Of a stretch of 64,000 nt of DNA, positions 38,201 through 49,193 are shown in pieces. The notes under the pieces are model-generated. The model did not search any database and was not told the origin of the DNA. It was given only the letters and a program-made list of their open reading frames with translations. Numbering within the stretch: position 1 is the stretch's first letter; each line of letters starts with the position of its first letter. Source of the stretch: Malacoraja senta. Lineage: Eukaryota. The stretch is taken from contig JAXLNO010000446.1 in the NCBI GenBank assembly GCA_038087875.1, positions 62,001 to 126,000 on the forward strand. The letters are read 5' to 3'. The position numbers and the translations under genes were made by a program.

Positions 38201-38458
38201 AAACTTTTTCACACAGAGAGTGGTGAATCTCTGGAACTCTCTGCCACAGAGGGTAGTTGAGGCCAGTTCATTGGCTATATTTAAGAGGGAATTAGATGTG
38301 GCCCTTGTGGATAAAGGGATCAGGGGGTATGGAGAGAAGGCAGGTACGGGATACTGAGTTGGATGATCAGCCATGATCGTATTGAATGGCGGTGCAGGCT
38401 CGAAGGGCCGAATGGCCTACTCCTGCACCTATTTTCTATGTATCTATGTATCTATGTA
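35245..38458 (+). mobile_element. CR1 LINE, 5'-truncated, with complete ORF2, 3' UTR and (CTATGTAT)n tail
   Basis: Contains the ORF below; tail TCTATGTATCTATGTATCTATGTA. Confidence 0.95.
35247..38357 (+). CDS. CR1 ORF2: APE endonuclease plus reverse transcriptase, uninterrupted 1036 codons (true start uncertain)
   Basis: APE motifs LNARS, GITETW, VYRPP, MGDFN, SDH; RT motifs NYRPVSLTS, QHGF, LDFQKAFDKVPH, GVPQGSVLGP, FADD. Confidence 0.95.
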   Translation: MGGGTQIENAIRQCVRQEAEKESTQTQHVGGKEENNNKQRIRGGEVLKWVSRETEGCKMRAEAIGSKVKGKSGRQTNPGQKSKRATFQHNCIRGKSVVKTSLKALCLNARSIRNKVDELNVQIAINDYDIVGITETWLQGDQGWELNIQGYSIFRRDREKGKGGGVALLVREEINAVERKDISLEDVESVWVELRNTKGQKTLVGVVYRPPSSSSEVGDGIKQEIRNACNKGKTVIMGDFNLHIDWVNQIGSGAEEEDFLECMRDSYLNQHVEEPTREQAILDWVLSNEEGLVSRLVVRAPLGKSDHNMVEFFIRMESDIVNSETTVLNLKKGNFEGMRRELAKIDWQLVLKGLTVDMQWKAFKDCMDELQKLFIPVWQKNKSRKVVHPWITREIRDSIKAKDVAYKLARKSSIPEDWEKFRDQQRRTKGLIRKGKIDYERKLAGNIKTDCKSFYRYVKRKRLVKSNVGPLQSETGELIMGNKDMADQLNNYFGSVFTKEDINNLPEIAGGRGSKEMEELSEIQVSREVVLGKLNGLKADKSPGPDRLHPRVLKEVAPEIVDALVIIFQNSLDSGVVPEDWRVANVTPLFKKGGREKTGNYRPVSLTSVVGKLLESLIKDGIAAHLESGEIIGQSQHGFTKGKSCLTNLIEFFEDVTSRVDRGEPVDVLYLDFQKAFDKVPHKRLGYKLKSHGIGGSVLMWIENWLANRKQRVGVNGSFSQWQAVTSGVPQGSVLGPQLFTIYINDLDEGIESNISKFADDTKLGGSVSCEEDARRLQGDLDRLGEWANVWQMQYNVDKCEVIHFGSKNGKADYYLNGGRLGNGEMQRDLGVMVHQSLKVGMQVQQAVKKANGMLAFIARGFEYRSREVLLQLYRVLVRPHLEYCVQFWSPNLRKDIIAIEGVQRRFTRLIPGMSGLSYEERLDRLGLYSLEFRRLRGDLIETYKILMGLDRLDAGRLFPMLGKSRTRGHSLRIRGKSFKTEMRKNFFTQRVVNLWNSLPQRVVEASSLAIFKRELDVALVDKGIRGYGEKAGTGY

Positions 38459-38766
38459 TAGCGCCTTTCTAATACTCAAGGCGCTTTACATCGCATTATT
38501 CATTCACTCCTCAGTCACACTCGGTGGTGGTGAGCTACTTCTGTAGCCACAGCTGCCCTGGGGCAGACTGACGGAAGCGTGGCTGCTAATCTGCGCCTAC
38601 GGCCCCTCCGACCACCACCAATCACTCACACACATTCACACGCATTCACACGCAGACAAAGGTGGGTGAAGTGTCTTGTCCAAGGACACAACGACAGTAT
38701 GCACTCCAAGCGGGATTCGAACCGGCTACCTTCCGGTTGCCAGCCGAACACTTAGCCCATTGCGCC
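38459..38766 (-). mobile_element. tRNA-derived SINE with CORE-like segment and L2-type tail
   Basis: Minus strand: A box TGGCGCAATGG, B box GGTTCGAATCC, GTTGTGTCCTTGGACAAGACACTT, tail TGTAAAGCGCCTTGAG..GAAAGGCGCTAT. Confidence 0.8.
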
Positions 38767-39459
38767 ATGCTCTATGACTGGATGATGTCCCAATGTGGTT
38801 TTTCCATTTTCTTGCCACACGTCTGGTCAGTCAGCGTCACTACCCGGGAACTAACTCTCGTCCAAGTACTCATTTGATTTTAAAATAACGTGGATTTGTA
38901 GTGATTCTGACGTTCCGGATGTGAAAGTGTATAGTAGGTCTGACTTTGACAGAGTCCAGGTACCAGTGAGAAGTCTGGTATGAATTAGCCTTTTCCTGTT
39001 GTAACTACAGAATCTGCAGATTTGACACCGATACCAGATTTGCAATTATCCTCCTACCTTTATAAGCTGAAACCCCATTCACAAATTCACACTGACCCAA
39101 ACTAATTTAGTAGAAAGGTCTGGTGGAACTAAGGTCATAAGTGATAGCGGCAGAATTTGGCCATTCGGCCCATCAAGTCTACTCCACCATTCGATCATGG
39201 CTGATCTATCTCTCCCCCCTAACCCCATTCTCCTGCCTTCTCCCATAACCTCTGACACCCGTACTAATCAAGAATCTATCTATCTCCGCCTGAGAAATAT
39301 CCATTGGCCTCCACAGCCGTCTGTGGCAAAGAATTCCACAGATTCACCACCCTCATGTTTTAATAACCAGTCGTGTTCTAAAATCCTGTGCGTACCAACT
39401 GGCTGGAGTTTTTACGGACATTTTCAAACTCTCACTTCTGAGGTCCGAGGTTCCCACCT

Positions 39460-41641
39460 GCTTTAAAAGGGCATCAATTATACCGGTGCCCAAGAAGAGC
39501 AAGGTGACGTGCCTCAATGACTATCGACCAGTGGCACTAACGTCTGTGGTGATGAAGTGCTTTGAGAGGTTGATTATGGCACAAATCAATTCATAACTCG
39601 ACAAGAACCTCAACCAACTACAGTTCGCTTCCTGCCACAACATGTCAACGGTGGATGTGATCTCACTGGCTCTCTGCGATCTCACTGGCACCCTGCATTC
39701 TCATAGCATCCTCCTCACAGTTCACACTGCCACCCAGCTTTGTGTCATCTGCAAATTTGATAATGTTACTTTGAATCCCATCATCTAAATCATTGATGTA
39801 TATTGTAAATAGCTGCGGTCCCAGCACCGACCCTTGCGGTACCCCACTAGTCAATGCCTGCCATTCTGAAAGGGACCCGATAATCCCTACTCTTTGTTTC
39901 CAGTCTGCCAACCAATTTCCTATCCATGTCAGCACTTTACCCCCAATACCATGTGCTCTACTTTTGCTCACTAATCTCCTATATGGGACCTCTTCAAATG
40001 CTTTCTGAAGGTCCAGGTACACTACATCCACTGGCTCTCCCATGTCCATTTTCCTAGTTACATCTTCAAAAAATTCCAGAAGATCAGTCAAGCATGATTT
40101 CCCCTTCGTAAATCCATGCTGACTCGGACCAATCCTGTTACTGCTATCCAAATGTGCGTCCATTTCATCTTTTATAATTGACTCCAGCATCTTCCCCATC
40201 ACCGATGTCAGGCTAACTGGTCTATAATTCCCTGTTTTCTCTCTACCACCTTTCTTAAAAAGTGGGATAACATTAGCTACGCTCCAATCCACAGGAACTG
40301 ATCCTGAATCTATAGAACATTAGAAACATAGAAACATAGAAACATAGAAAATAGGTGCAGGAGGAGGTCATTCGGCCCTTCGAGCCAGCACTGCCATTCA
40401 TTGTGATCATGGCTGATCGTCCCCAATCAATAACCCATGCCTGCCTTCTCCCCATATCCCTTGATTCCACTAGCCCCTAGAGCTCTATCTAACTCTCTCT
40501 TAAATCCATCCAGTGACTTGGCCCCCAGTGCCCTCTGTGGCAGGGAATTCCACAAATTCACAACTCTCTGGGTGAAAAAGTTTTTTCTCACCTCACCTCT
40601 CACCAACATTGGAAAATTATCACCAATGCATCCACGATTTCTAGAGCCATTTCATTAAGTACCCTGGGATGCAGACCATCAGGCCCTGGGGATTTATCAA
40701 CATTCAGCCCCATCAGTCTACCCAACACCATTTCCTGCCTAATGTAGATTTCCTTCAGTTCCTCCGTCACCCCAGATCCTCTGGCCACTAGTACATCAGG
40801 GAAATTGTTTGTGTCCTCCTTAGTGAAGACGGATCCAAAGTACCTGTTCAACTCATCTGCCATTTCCTTGTTCCCCATAATAAATTCACCTTTTTCAGTC
40901 TTCAAGGGTCCAACTTTGGTCTTAACTAATTTTTTCCTCTTCACATACCTAAAGAAGCTTTTACTATCCACCTTTATATTCTTGGCTATCTTACCTTCGT
41001 ACTTTTCTCCCTGTATTGTCTTTTTAGTTATCTTCTGTAGCTCTTTAAACATTACCCAATCCTCTTGCTTTCCTCCACTTCAGCACTCTGTATAGAAGTG
41101 AGATCGACCGATGGACCAAAAGGTGCCAGCACAACAACCTGGCTCTCAACACCAACAAAACCAGGGAACTGATTGTGGACTTTGGAAGAGGAAGGATGAG
41201 GAGATTCCTGGGTGTGCAGATTTCCGAAGATCTTTCCTGGACCGAGCACACTGATGCAATTATAAATAAAGCACATCAGCGCCTCTACTTCCTGAGAAGA
41301 TTACGGAGATGTCAGAGAGGATTCTCTTGAACTTCTACAGGTGTACAGATGAGAACATATTGACTGGTTGCATCATGGCCTGGTTCAGCAACTTGAACGT
41401 TCAGGAGCGAAGAAGACTGCAAAAATTTGTGAACACTGCCAGGTTCATCATCAGCTCTGACCTCCCCACCATTGAAGGGATCTACAGGAGTCGCTGCCTC
41501 AAAAAGGCAGCCAGCATCATCAGAAACCCACACCACCCTGGCCACGCTCTCATCTCACTGCTACCATCGGGAAGAATGTACAGGAGCCTGAAAACTGTAA
41601 AGTCCAGGTTCAGGAACAGCTGCTTCCCAATTGCCATTCGG
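39460..41641 (+). mobile_element. Decayed Rex1-like LINE (pieces at about 39460-39690 and 41075-41641; resumes at 46494 after the DIRS)
   Basis: [70 protein letters not shown]. Confidence 0.75.
39690..41070 (-). mobile_element. CR1 internal RT fragment with another CR1 3' end nested at about 40310-40595
   Basis: ORFs 39663-40292 (NYRPVSLTS..GVPQGSVLGP..FADD) and 40600-41052 (KSPGPDGLHPRVL). Confidence 0.85.
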
Positions 41642-43527
41642 CTATTTTACTTCGGAGTCACGTGAGTGACTACGTGAAGAAGCCCGCCAGCCCATATGTG
41701 CATCAATACGCCTAACGCATGGCGCACGACTGGCTGGGAGGAGCGTCACTCCTCCAGTGGTAAGTTTCAAACCCTGCAGGTAAGTTTTAAACTTATTCTC
41801 AGGTCGTATTTTTTGGTTGGGGAAATCTCTTTTACTGAGTTTGCTGCGGATATGGATATCCAGGGCGAAATCCAGACGGGCCGCTGGGAAACCGGCTACG
41901 GAGGACCGCGGGAGTGCGGGTAGCCGGCGGCCGGCGGGTTCGCCACCCGAGTCGCTGACAGTGCGGTCAGCGACTTCAGGCTCTGGCAACCCCGAAAGGG
42001 GGTAAAGCCAAACAGAAGTCTGAGAGGCCTGTGGACTCGGATGAGTCAGGCCAGGAGGGTTCCCCTCCGACAAACATGGGTAGCGTCCTCGGGCGTTTAT
42101 CCCAGATGGAGCACCTCATGGAGAGAATGCTCCATCATAATATGCTCCGTGATACGGAGACATATCAGCACAGGTTTTCCTTTGGTACCTGTGGCAGCGC
42201 CTGGTTCAGGGCTGCTTAAAAATCTCCCTGTCTGTGGCGGGGAGTGTCAGGGGTCAGTGTATGACTGACTCTGAATTTGGAGGTATGTCCGTGGAACATA
42301 CTGGAATGCATGCGTGAGGTTCAAGAATTGTCTGCCATGGCATCAAGGTTTGCGATCCCCTCGCAAAGAAAGGAGCCGCTGCAGGAAGAGTTGGCTTCCA
42401 GCATCAACTACCTCACCTCACATCATTACAGGAACAGGTGACGGCTGCAAAATACCATACACCTGTAAATTGTGCATCCCTGAAAGTGCCGGCAGTGAAC
42501 AGCTCTATCTGGGGAGACATTGGAGGGGGCATCAAAGCGCAGGAAATCAAACTCCAACAAATTTAAAAATTACTGGCCTCAGGCATCACGGCATTTGCCA
42601 GATCTATGGATGGCGGGCCCTTATCGGACGTCCAGCAGGATGCCCTGGCGTTGATGTGCAATGCACACTTCGAAATGAACTGCTTTCGGAAGAACGCCAT
42701 CAGACCTGCCTTAAATCCCAAATTTGCAGGCTTATGAAAGGCCAGCAATGTCCAGCCGCCGAATCTTCTCTTCGGGGAAGACCTACACAAACAGGTAAAA
42801 GACCTGGATGAGGAAGCTAAAGCTGTTGGGCTAATCAAAGTACCAACGATGAGCAAAGCTTCACCATTTCGGCGACAACACCCCTACGCCTCCATCGGCA
42901 GTAAGCGGTTCACTGAAACTGGTGGCAGCTCGAAAGCTGATTCTCTGGGCAAAGGTCTTTTAGGCCAAGGCCCAAGCCGGCCCTCATGGAAAATGCACAA
43001 TCCACGCACCCCAGCAGTCCTACCCTCCAAATCTCGAGGACGGAAATAGAACCCGCATCAGGGGCCTTTGGGCCTACCATAAGACCACCGGTAACCATGG
43101 AGGTAGGTGGGTCTGGTTCTTTTCGGAACACGGGGTGTGTGGACCAGTTACAAGTTGGTGGTAGATTACACTTGTTTTTGCACAAATTCCGGTGGATAAC
43201 ATCAGATCAGTTTATACTGCACAGTATACAAGGGTTCTAAATTGAATTTTCTCTTAACTCATTGCCACCCATACAATATACACCAAGATGGGCATTTATT
43301 CATTCCAAACAAGAAGGTTTGGATATACAAGCAGAAATTCATAAATTACACACAAAAGGGGTAATCGAGAAGTCAAGTCAATGTCCAGCTGGCTAATATT
43401 CTGTTCGGGTAAGACCTATCCAAACAAGTAAAAGATCTAGAAGAGGAAGCAAAAGCTGTCGGTTTATTAATGCACCCACGACGAGCAAAAGCTTCACCAT
43501 TTCGGCGATGACACCCCTGCGCCTCCA

Positions 43528-44625
43528 GAAAAGAAAGATGGAGGATGTCGGATCATCCTTGATTTAACTCACACTTAACTCACATGTGCAGTATAGACAT
43601 TTTAAAATGGAAAACTTCGTTACTGCCTAACAACTGATTCCCAAAGGATGCTTTATGGCATGCATCGATCTCAAAGATGCATACTATTCAGTTCCCATTC
43701 ACAGGGATCACCGGAGATGTTTGAAATTTAGCTGGATGGGGCAACTATGGCAGTTTAAAGCATTGCCTTATGGGCTAACTTCAGCACCCAGGTTATTTAC
43801 CAAATTACTAAAGCAGGTGCTTGGGCCGCTCAGAGCTCAAAAACACATTGTTATGGCCTAACTGGATGATATTCTAAAACGCTGTATTTGGCTAAATTAG
43901 CTGTTTCAGCCACGAAACTCACATTTGATAAATTGGGGTTTCTCATCCATCCAGTTAAATCTAAGTTGATACCAACTAGAGTTATTGATTATTTGGGATT
44001 TACCTTTAACTCTATTAATATGTCTGTGACTCTGCCCTCGGGCAAGAGATTAGAATTAATAGAAGCCTGTAACAACCTTGTTGTTATGAAGCAGCCTTCT
44101 ATTCGCCTAGGGTAATTGGCAATATAGTGGCTATTTTTACAGCTGCACAATTTGGACCTTTGCATTATCAGAATTTACAACGTGCAAAGGAGCAAGCCCT
44201 CAAGTACCATTTAGGTCATTTTAAAAGACCTATGCTATTACCAGCTGAAGCTATCAGAATTACAATGGAAGATGACCAATATTCAACATTGCTCCAGTAA
44301 CATTTTGGTCAGTAAACCTTCAGTTATATTACAAACTGATGCTAGTGCTCAAGGATGGGGAACTACTAATACCATCTCTAGTTGCGGAGGCAGATGGGAT
44401 GTGCATGAGTTACCAATTCTTCAGTTATATGGTATCAACTTCCTGGAGATACTGGGGGCATTCTATGGGTTAAAGGCTTATTGTGGGAATATGCATAATC
44501 TGCATGTTAAAATACAAGTTGATAACACTACGGCGGTGGCATATATTAATCACATGGGTGGAATCAAGTCAGATTCCTGTGATAGTTTACCTAACCTCAT
44601 TTGGTGCTGGTGTATCATCACGTAA
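43528..44625 (+). pseudogene. DIRS reverse transcriptase and RNase H remnants
   Basis: KKDGGCRIILDL, IDLKDAYYSVPIH, FKALPYGLTSAPRLFTK, (stop)LDDIL; TDASAQGWG, INFLE, VDNTTAVAYINHMGG. Confidence 0.88.
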
Positions 44626-44629
44626 ATTT

Positions 44630-45043
44630 AATGACAACACAGAATGGATGTTGGATCACAAAGTATTTAATGATATTGTTGCTTGGTATGGTATACCGAA
44701 TATCGATTTGTTTGCATCTAGGCTCAATCACCAGTTGCAAAAATATGTGGCATGGCAGCCAGACCCAGGGGCAGTGGCGATGGATGCATTCTCGCTACAC
44801 TGGGGCGGAATGTTCTTTTATGCCTTTCCTCCATTTTGCCTCATCAGTCGGGTCTTGCAAAAAATCCAGCAAGATTCCGCTTCAGGCATTTTCGTAGTGC
44901 CTGACTGGTCTATGCAGCCATGGTTCCCGCTGATGTTGGGAATGATAATAGAATCTTATATGGTTATTTCTAAACACAAAAATTTGCTGGTTCATCCCGT
45001 GACTCGGGAAGCCACCCTCTGCATGATAGAATCAATTTATTGA
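44630..45043 (+). pseudogene. DIRS methyltransferase-like (Dam-like) domain remnant
   Basis: IDLFASRLN, DAFSLHW, FYAFPPF, VVPDW..QPWFP. Confidence 0.8.
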
Positions 45044-45264
45044 TTTGCAGACTCTAAGTAGATCGTCCCTGGGGCTCGGGTTGTCAGACCGAACCGTGGA
45101 CGTGATCACTGCAGCTCGGAGGGATAGCACCAAAAAGCAGTACATTTCCTGATCAGGAGATGGGAAGTGTTTTGTTTAAATGATAACATAACATATAATA
45201 CGGCACGGATAACTGACGTCTTGGAGTTCCTTTCAAATGGTTCTTTGCCAAAAATTAAGTTATA

Positions 45265-46020
45265 GTGCCAATAACTGTGCCAAAAGTACCTTGTCATCAT
45301 ATTTGCTGCTGGGATCGGGACCCATTCTGTCGGGTCTCACCATCTGATCCCAGATTTATGAAGGATATCTTTAACACAAATCCTCCCAGGCCCAGGTACA
45401 CGGTAGTATGGGATATTAACATTGTGTTAACACTATTTCGCCGGTGGGCTCCAGCTACATCCTTATCTTTGGCCTGGCTCTCATATAAGGTAGTTATGCT
45501 CATGACGCTGGTTTCAGCGCAACGCGTCCAGTCGTTGCATAAGCTACGGCTGAACAGAATGGTTATATCTACCAATAAAATAACGTTCTATGTAAATGAG
45601 TTAATTAAACTAAGCAGACCGGGGGCATTGGGTCTAAAGTTGGAATTTCTGGCATATCCTATGGACCACAGATTGTGTGTCACACATGCTCATCAATATT
45701 TTAAGGCTACAAAGAACCTTAGAGGCACTGAGCTGGCAATGTTTGTTAGACACAAAAAAACACACAAGAGGGTTTCAGTGCAGACCATCTCCAGATGGTT
45801 TAGATATGTATTGGCTTGTGCAGGAGTGAACACTGATGTTTCTAAATCTCACTCCACCAGGGCTGCGATAACATCAGCAGCAAGGTTCATGGAGTTTCCG
45901 CTGGACCGCATCCTAGCGACAGTAGGATGGTCAAATGAGCGGACTTTCCAAACCTTTTATAATAAACCGATTGCCAGGCCGGGTTCGTTTGCCAACTCAA
46001 TTTTAAGTTCTATTCAATAA
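45265..46020 (+). pseudogene. DIRS tyrosine recombinase, C-terminal catalytic part
   Basis: SAQRVQSL (R), HSTR (HxxR), GWSNERTFQTFY (W..Y); the N-terminus is frameshifted. Confidence 0.88.
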
Positions 46021-46738
46021 TTTGCTTATTATTAGCATCAGCATGTTTTAAATCTATGTCATGTCTGAATGCATTATCTTTTCAATCATTTCTGGTCAAC
46101 TAATGAAGTGTGTTGCATGGACTCGTGTTCACGGCATGAAATCACAGAGCTTTAAAATCTTCACGTAGTCACTCACGTGACTCCGAAGTAAAATAGGAAG
46201 ATTAAACGAGATCTTACCAGTTTGAAGTTTGATCTTTATTTTATAAGGAGATACGATGAGAGATGACGTGCCCTCCGCTCCCAACCCTCTTCTCATAAAG
46301 GTCATGTGGTAGTTCTAGTTTCTCGAATCTTCCTATAATCAGTTCAGCAACTGTTTCTGTGATTTCACACCGCTGCTTTGAAGGTTGACGCGCATGCGGG
46401 CTGGCGGGCTTCTTCACGTAATCCCTCATCGTAACTCCTCATAAAATAAAGATCAAACTTCAAACTGGTAAGTTCTCGTTTAATCTTCCAATTAAACACT
46501 ACAAACCGCAAATAAGCTCTGAACAACAGAGACTATTATTGTTATTATTGCACTATTATTGTTTGTTTTTTGTGTGTATGTTTGTGTACGAGTCTGTATT
46601 ATATATATTTTATTTATATATATGTTGACACAAAAAGCTGGAGTAACTCAGCGGGACAGGCAGCATCTCTGGAGAGAAGGAATAGGTGATGTTTTGGGTC
46701 AAGACCCTTCTTCGGACCCTGTGTGTGTATATATATAT

Positions 46739-46775
<37 letters not shown>

Positions 46776-46903
46776 TCATACGCACTCACAAAAAACAAAC
46801 AATAATAGTACAATAACAGTTTATGTGTATATATATATGATCTATATGCAGTATGTGTATATATACACACACTGAACTATTTTTCCCTCTCGTTGATGAT
46901 ATA

Positions 46904-47981
46904 CAGTGGCTTGCAAAAGTTTTCATACCCCTTAATAATAATAATAATGCATTTTATTTGCTGGCGCCTTTCTGGACACCCAAGGACACCTTACAGGACA
47001 TAAAATCACAATACATTTATCAATATTAAAATCTTGACACCTTACAATTTAACAAAGAAACATATAAACATATAATCAGAGTAAAATAAGTTATAAAGAC
47101 ATCACAAATACATAAATTAAAAACAGAAATTTGATCCAAAGAAGACAACAACAAAATTCAGAAAACACAATATGAAGGGAGAGCAGCGGCAGCCAAACCG
47201 CGCCAGCGTACACTCCCCCTTCCGACCGCCATGTTGGACATAGACTAACACAGACTAACCCTTGAACTTTTCCACATTTTGTCACGTTACAACCACAAAC
47301 GTAAATGTATTTTATTGGGATTTTATGTGATAGACCAACACAAAGTGGTGCATAATTGTGAAGTGGAAGGAAAATGATACATGGTTTTCAAATTTTTTTA
47401 CAAATAAAAAACTGAAAAGTGTCACGTGCAAAGGTATTCAGCCCCCTTTACTCTGATACCCCTAAATAAAATCCAGTGCAACCAATTGCCTTCAGAAGTC
47501 ACCTAATTAGTAAATAGAGTCCACTTGTGTGTAATCTAATCTCAGTATAAATACAGCTGTTCTGTGAAGGCCTCAGAGGTTTGTTAGAGAACATTAGTGA
47601 ACAAACAGCATCATGAAGCCCAAGGAACACACCAGACAGGTCAGGGATAAAGTTGTGGAGAAGTTTAAAGCAGGGTTAGGTTATAAAAAATATCCCAAGC
47701 TTTGAACATCTCACGGAGCACTGTCCAATCCATCATCCGAAAATGGAAAGAGTATGGCACAACTGCAAACCTACCAAGACATGGCCGTCCACCTAAACTG
47801 ACAGGCCGGGCAAGGAGAGCATTGATCAGAGAAGCAGCCAAGAGGCCCATGGTAACTCTGGAGGAGCTGCAGAGATCCACAGCTCAGGTGGGAGAATCTG
47901 TCCACAGGACAACTATTAGTCGTGCACTCCACAAATTTGACCTTTATGGAAGAGTGGCAAGAAGAAAGCCATTGTTGAAAA
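46904..47981 (+). mobile_element. Tc1-like transposon 5' half; TIR interrupted by a retroposon at about 46934-47257
   Basis: TA|CAGTGGCTTGCAAAAG; ATG at 47613, MKPKEHTRQVRDKVVEKFKAGLGYKK, a frameshift, then ..GRPPKL..RVARRKPLLK. Confidence 0.9.
46934..47257 (-). mobile_element. Short non-autonomous retroposon with L2-type (ATT)n tail
   Basis: Minus strand: CAACATGGCGG near the 5' end, TGTAAGGTGTCCTTGGGTG..AAAGGCGCC..(ATT)n; CCCTT on both flanks. Confidence 0.6.
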
Positions 47982-48489
47982 GTCATAGTCATAGAAACAG
48001 GCCCACCAAACTCGGCCCTGCCGACCAAGATACCAATTCTAAACTCTTCCCATTGCCCGCATTTGGCCCATTCCCTCTATATCTTTCCTATCCATGTCCC
48101 TGTCCAAATATCTTTTAAATGCTGTGAAAGAACGTGCTTCAACTACCTCCTTCAGCAGCTCGTTCCATACATCCACCACCCGCTGTGTGCAAAAGTTGCC
48201 CCTCTGGTTCCTATTCAATCTTTCCTCTCTCAAGGGGATTCTTAAAGATTAAAGATTCTTAAAGATTCTGTGCATTGAATAGATTCTATCTATTCCCTCA
48301 AGATCCCCTCTATAAGATCACCCCTCGTTCTCCTGCACAAAGAATAGAGTCCTAGCCTGCTCAACTTCGCCCATCATGTCCTGACCACAACTTCGTAAAT
48401 CTTCTCTGTACTCTTTCCAGCTTAACGACATCCTTCCTAGGTGTATCTATATCTTATAAATGTTGTTACAGTACCTGCCTCAAGAACCA

Positions 48490-49193
<704 letters not shown>

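Larger units (their letters stand above)
41642..46493 (+). mobile_element. DIRS1-like tyrosine-recombinase retrotransposon, both ends present, ORFs decayed
   Basis: Left end CTATTTTACTTCGGAGTCACGTGAGTGACTACGTGAAGA is complementary to an internal region at about 46158-46196; about 46197-46270 is complementary to the right end at about 46415-46488; RT, RH, MT and YR remnants lie between. Confidence 0.92.

Noticed and set aside
37092..38374. Recurring antisense ORFs (VSIRSPL.LLNS..)
   Set aside because: They are shadows of the CR1 coding strand, repeated wherever CR1 occurs.
44630..45043. Adenine methyltransferase-like ORF as a bacterial or phage gene, or contamination
   Set aside because: It sits at the usual position between RNase H and the recombinase in a DIRS1-like element.
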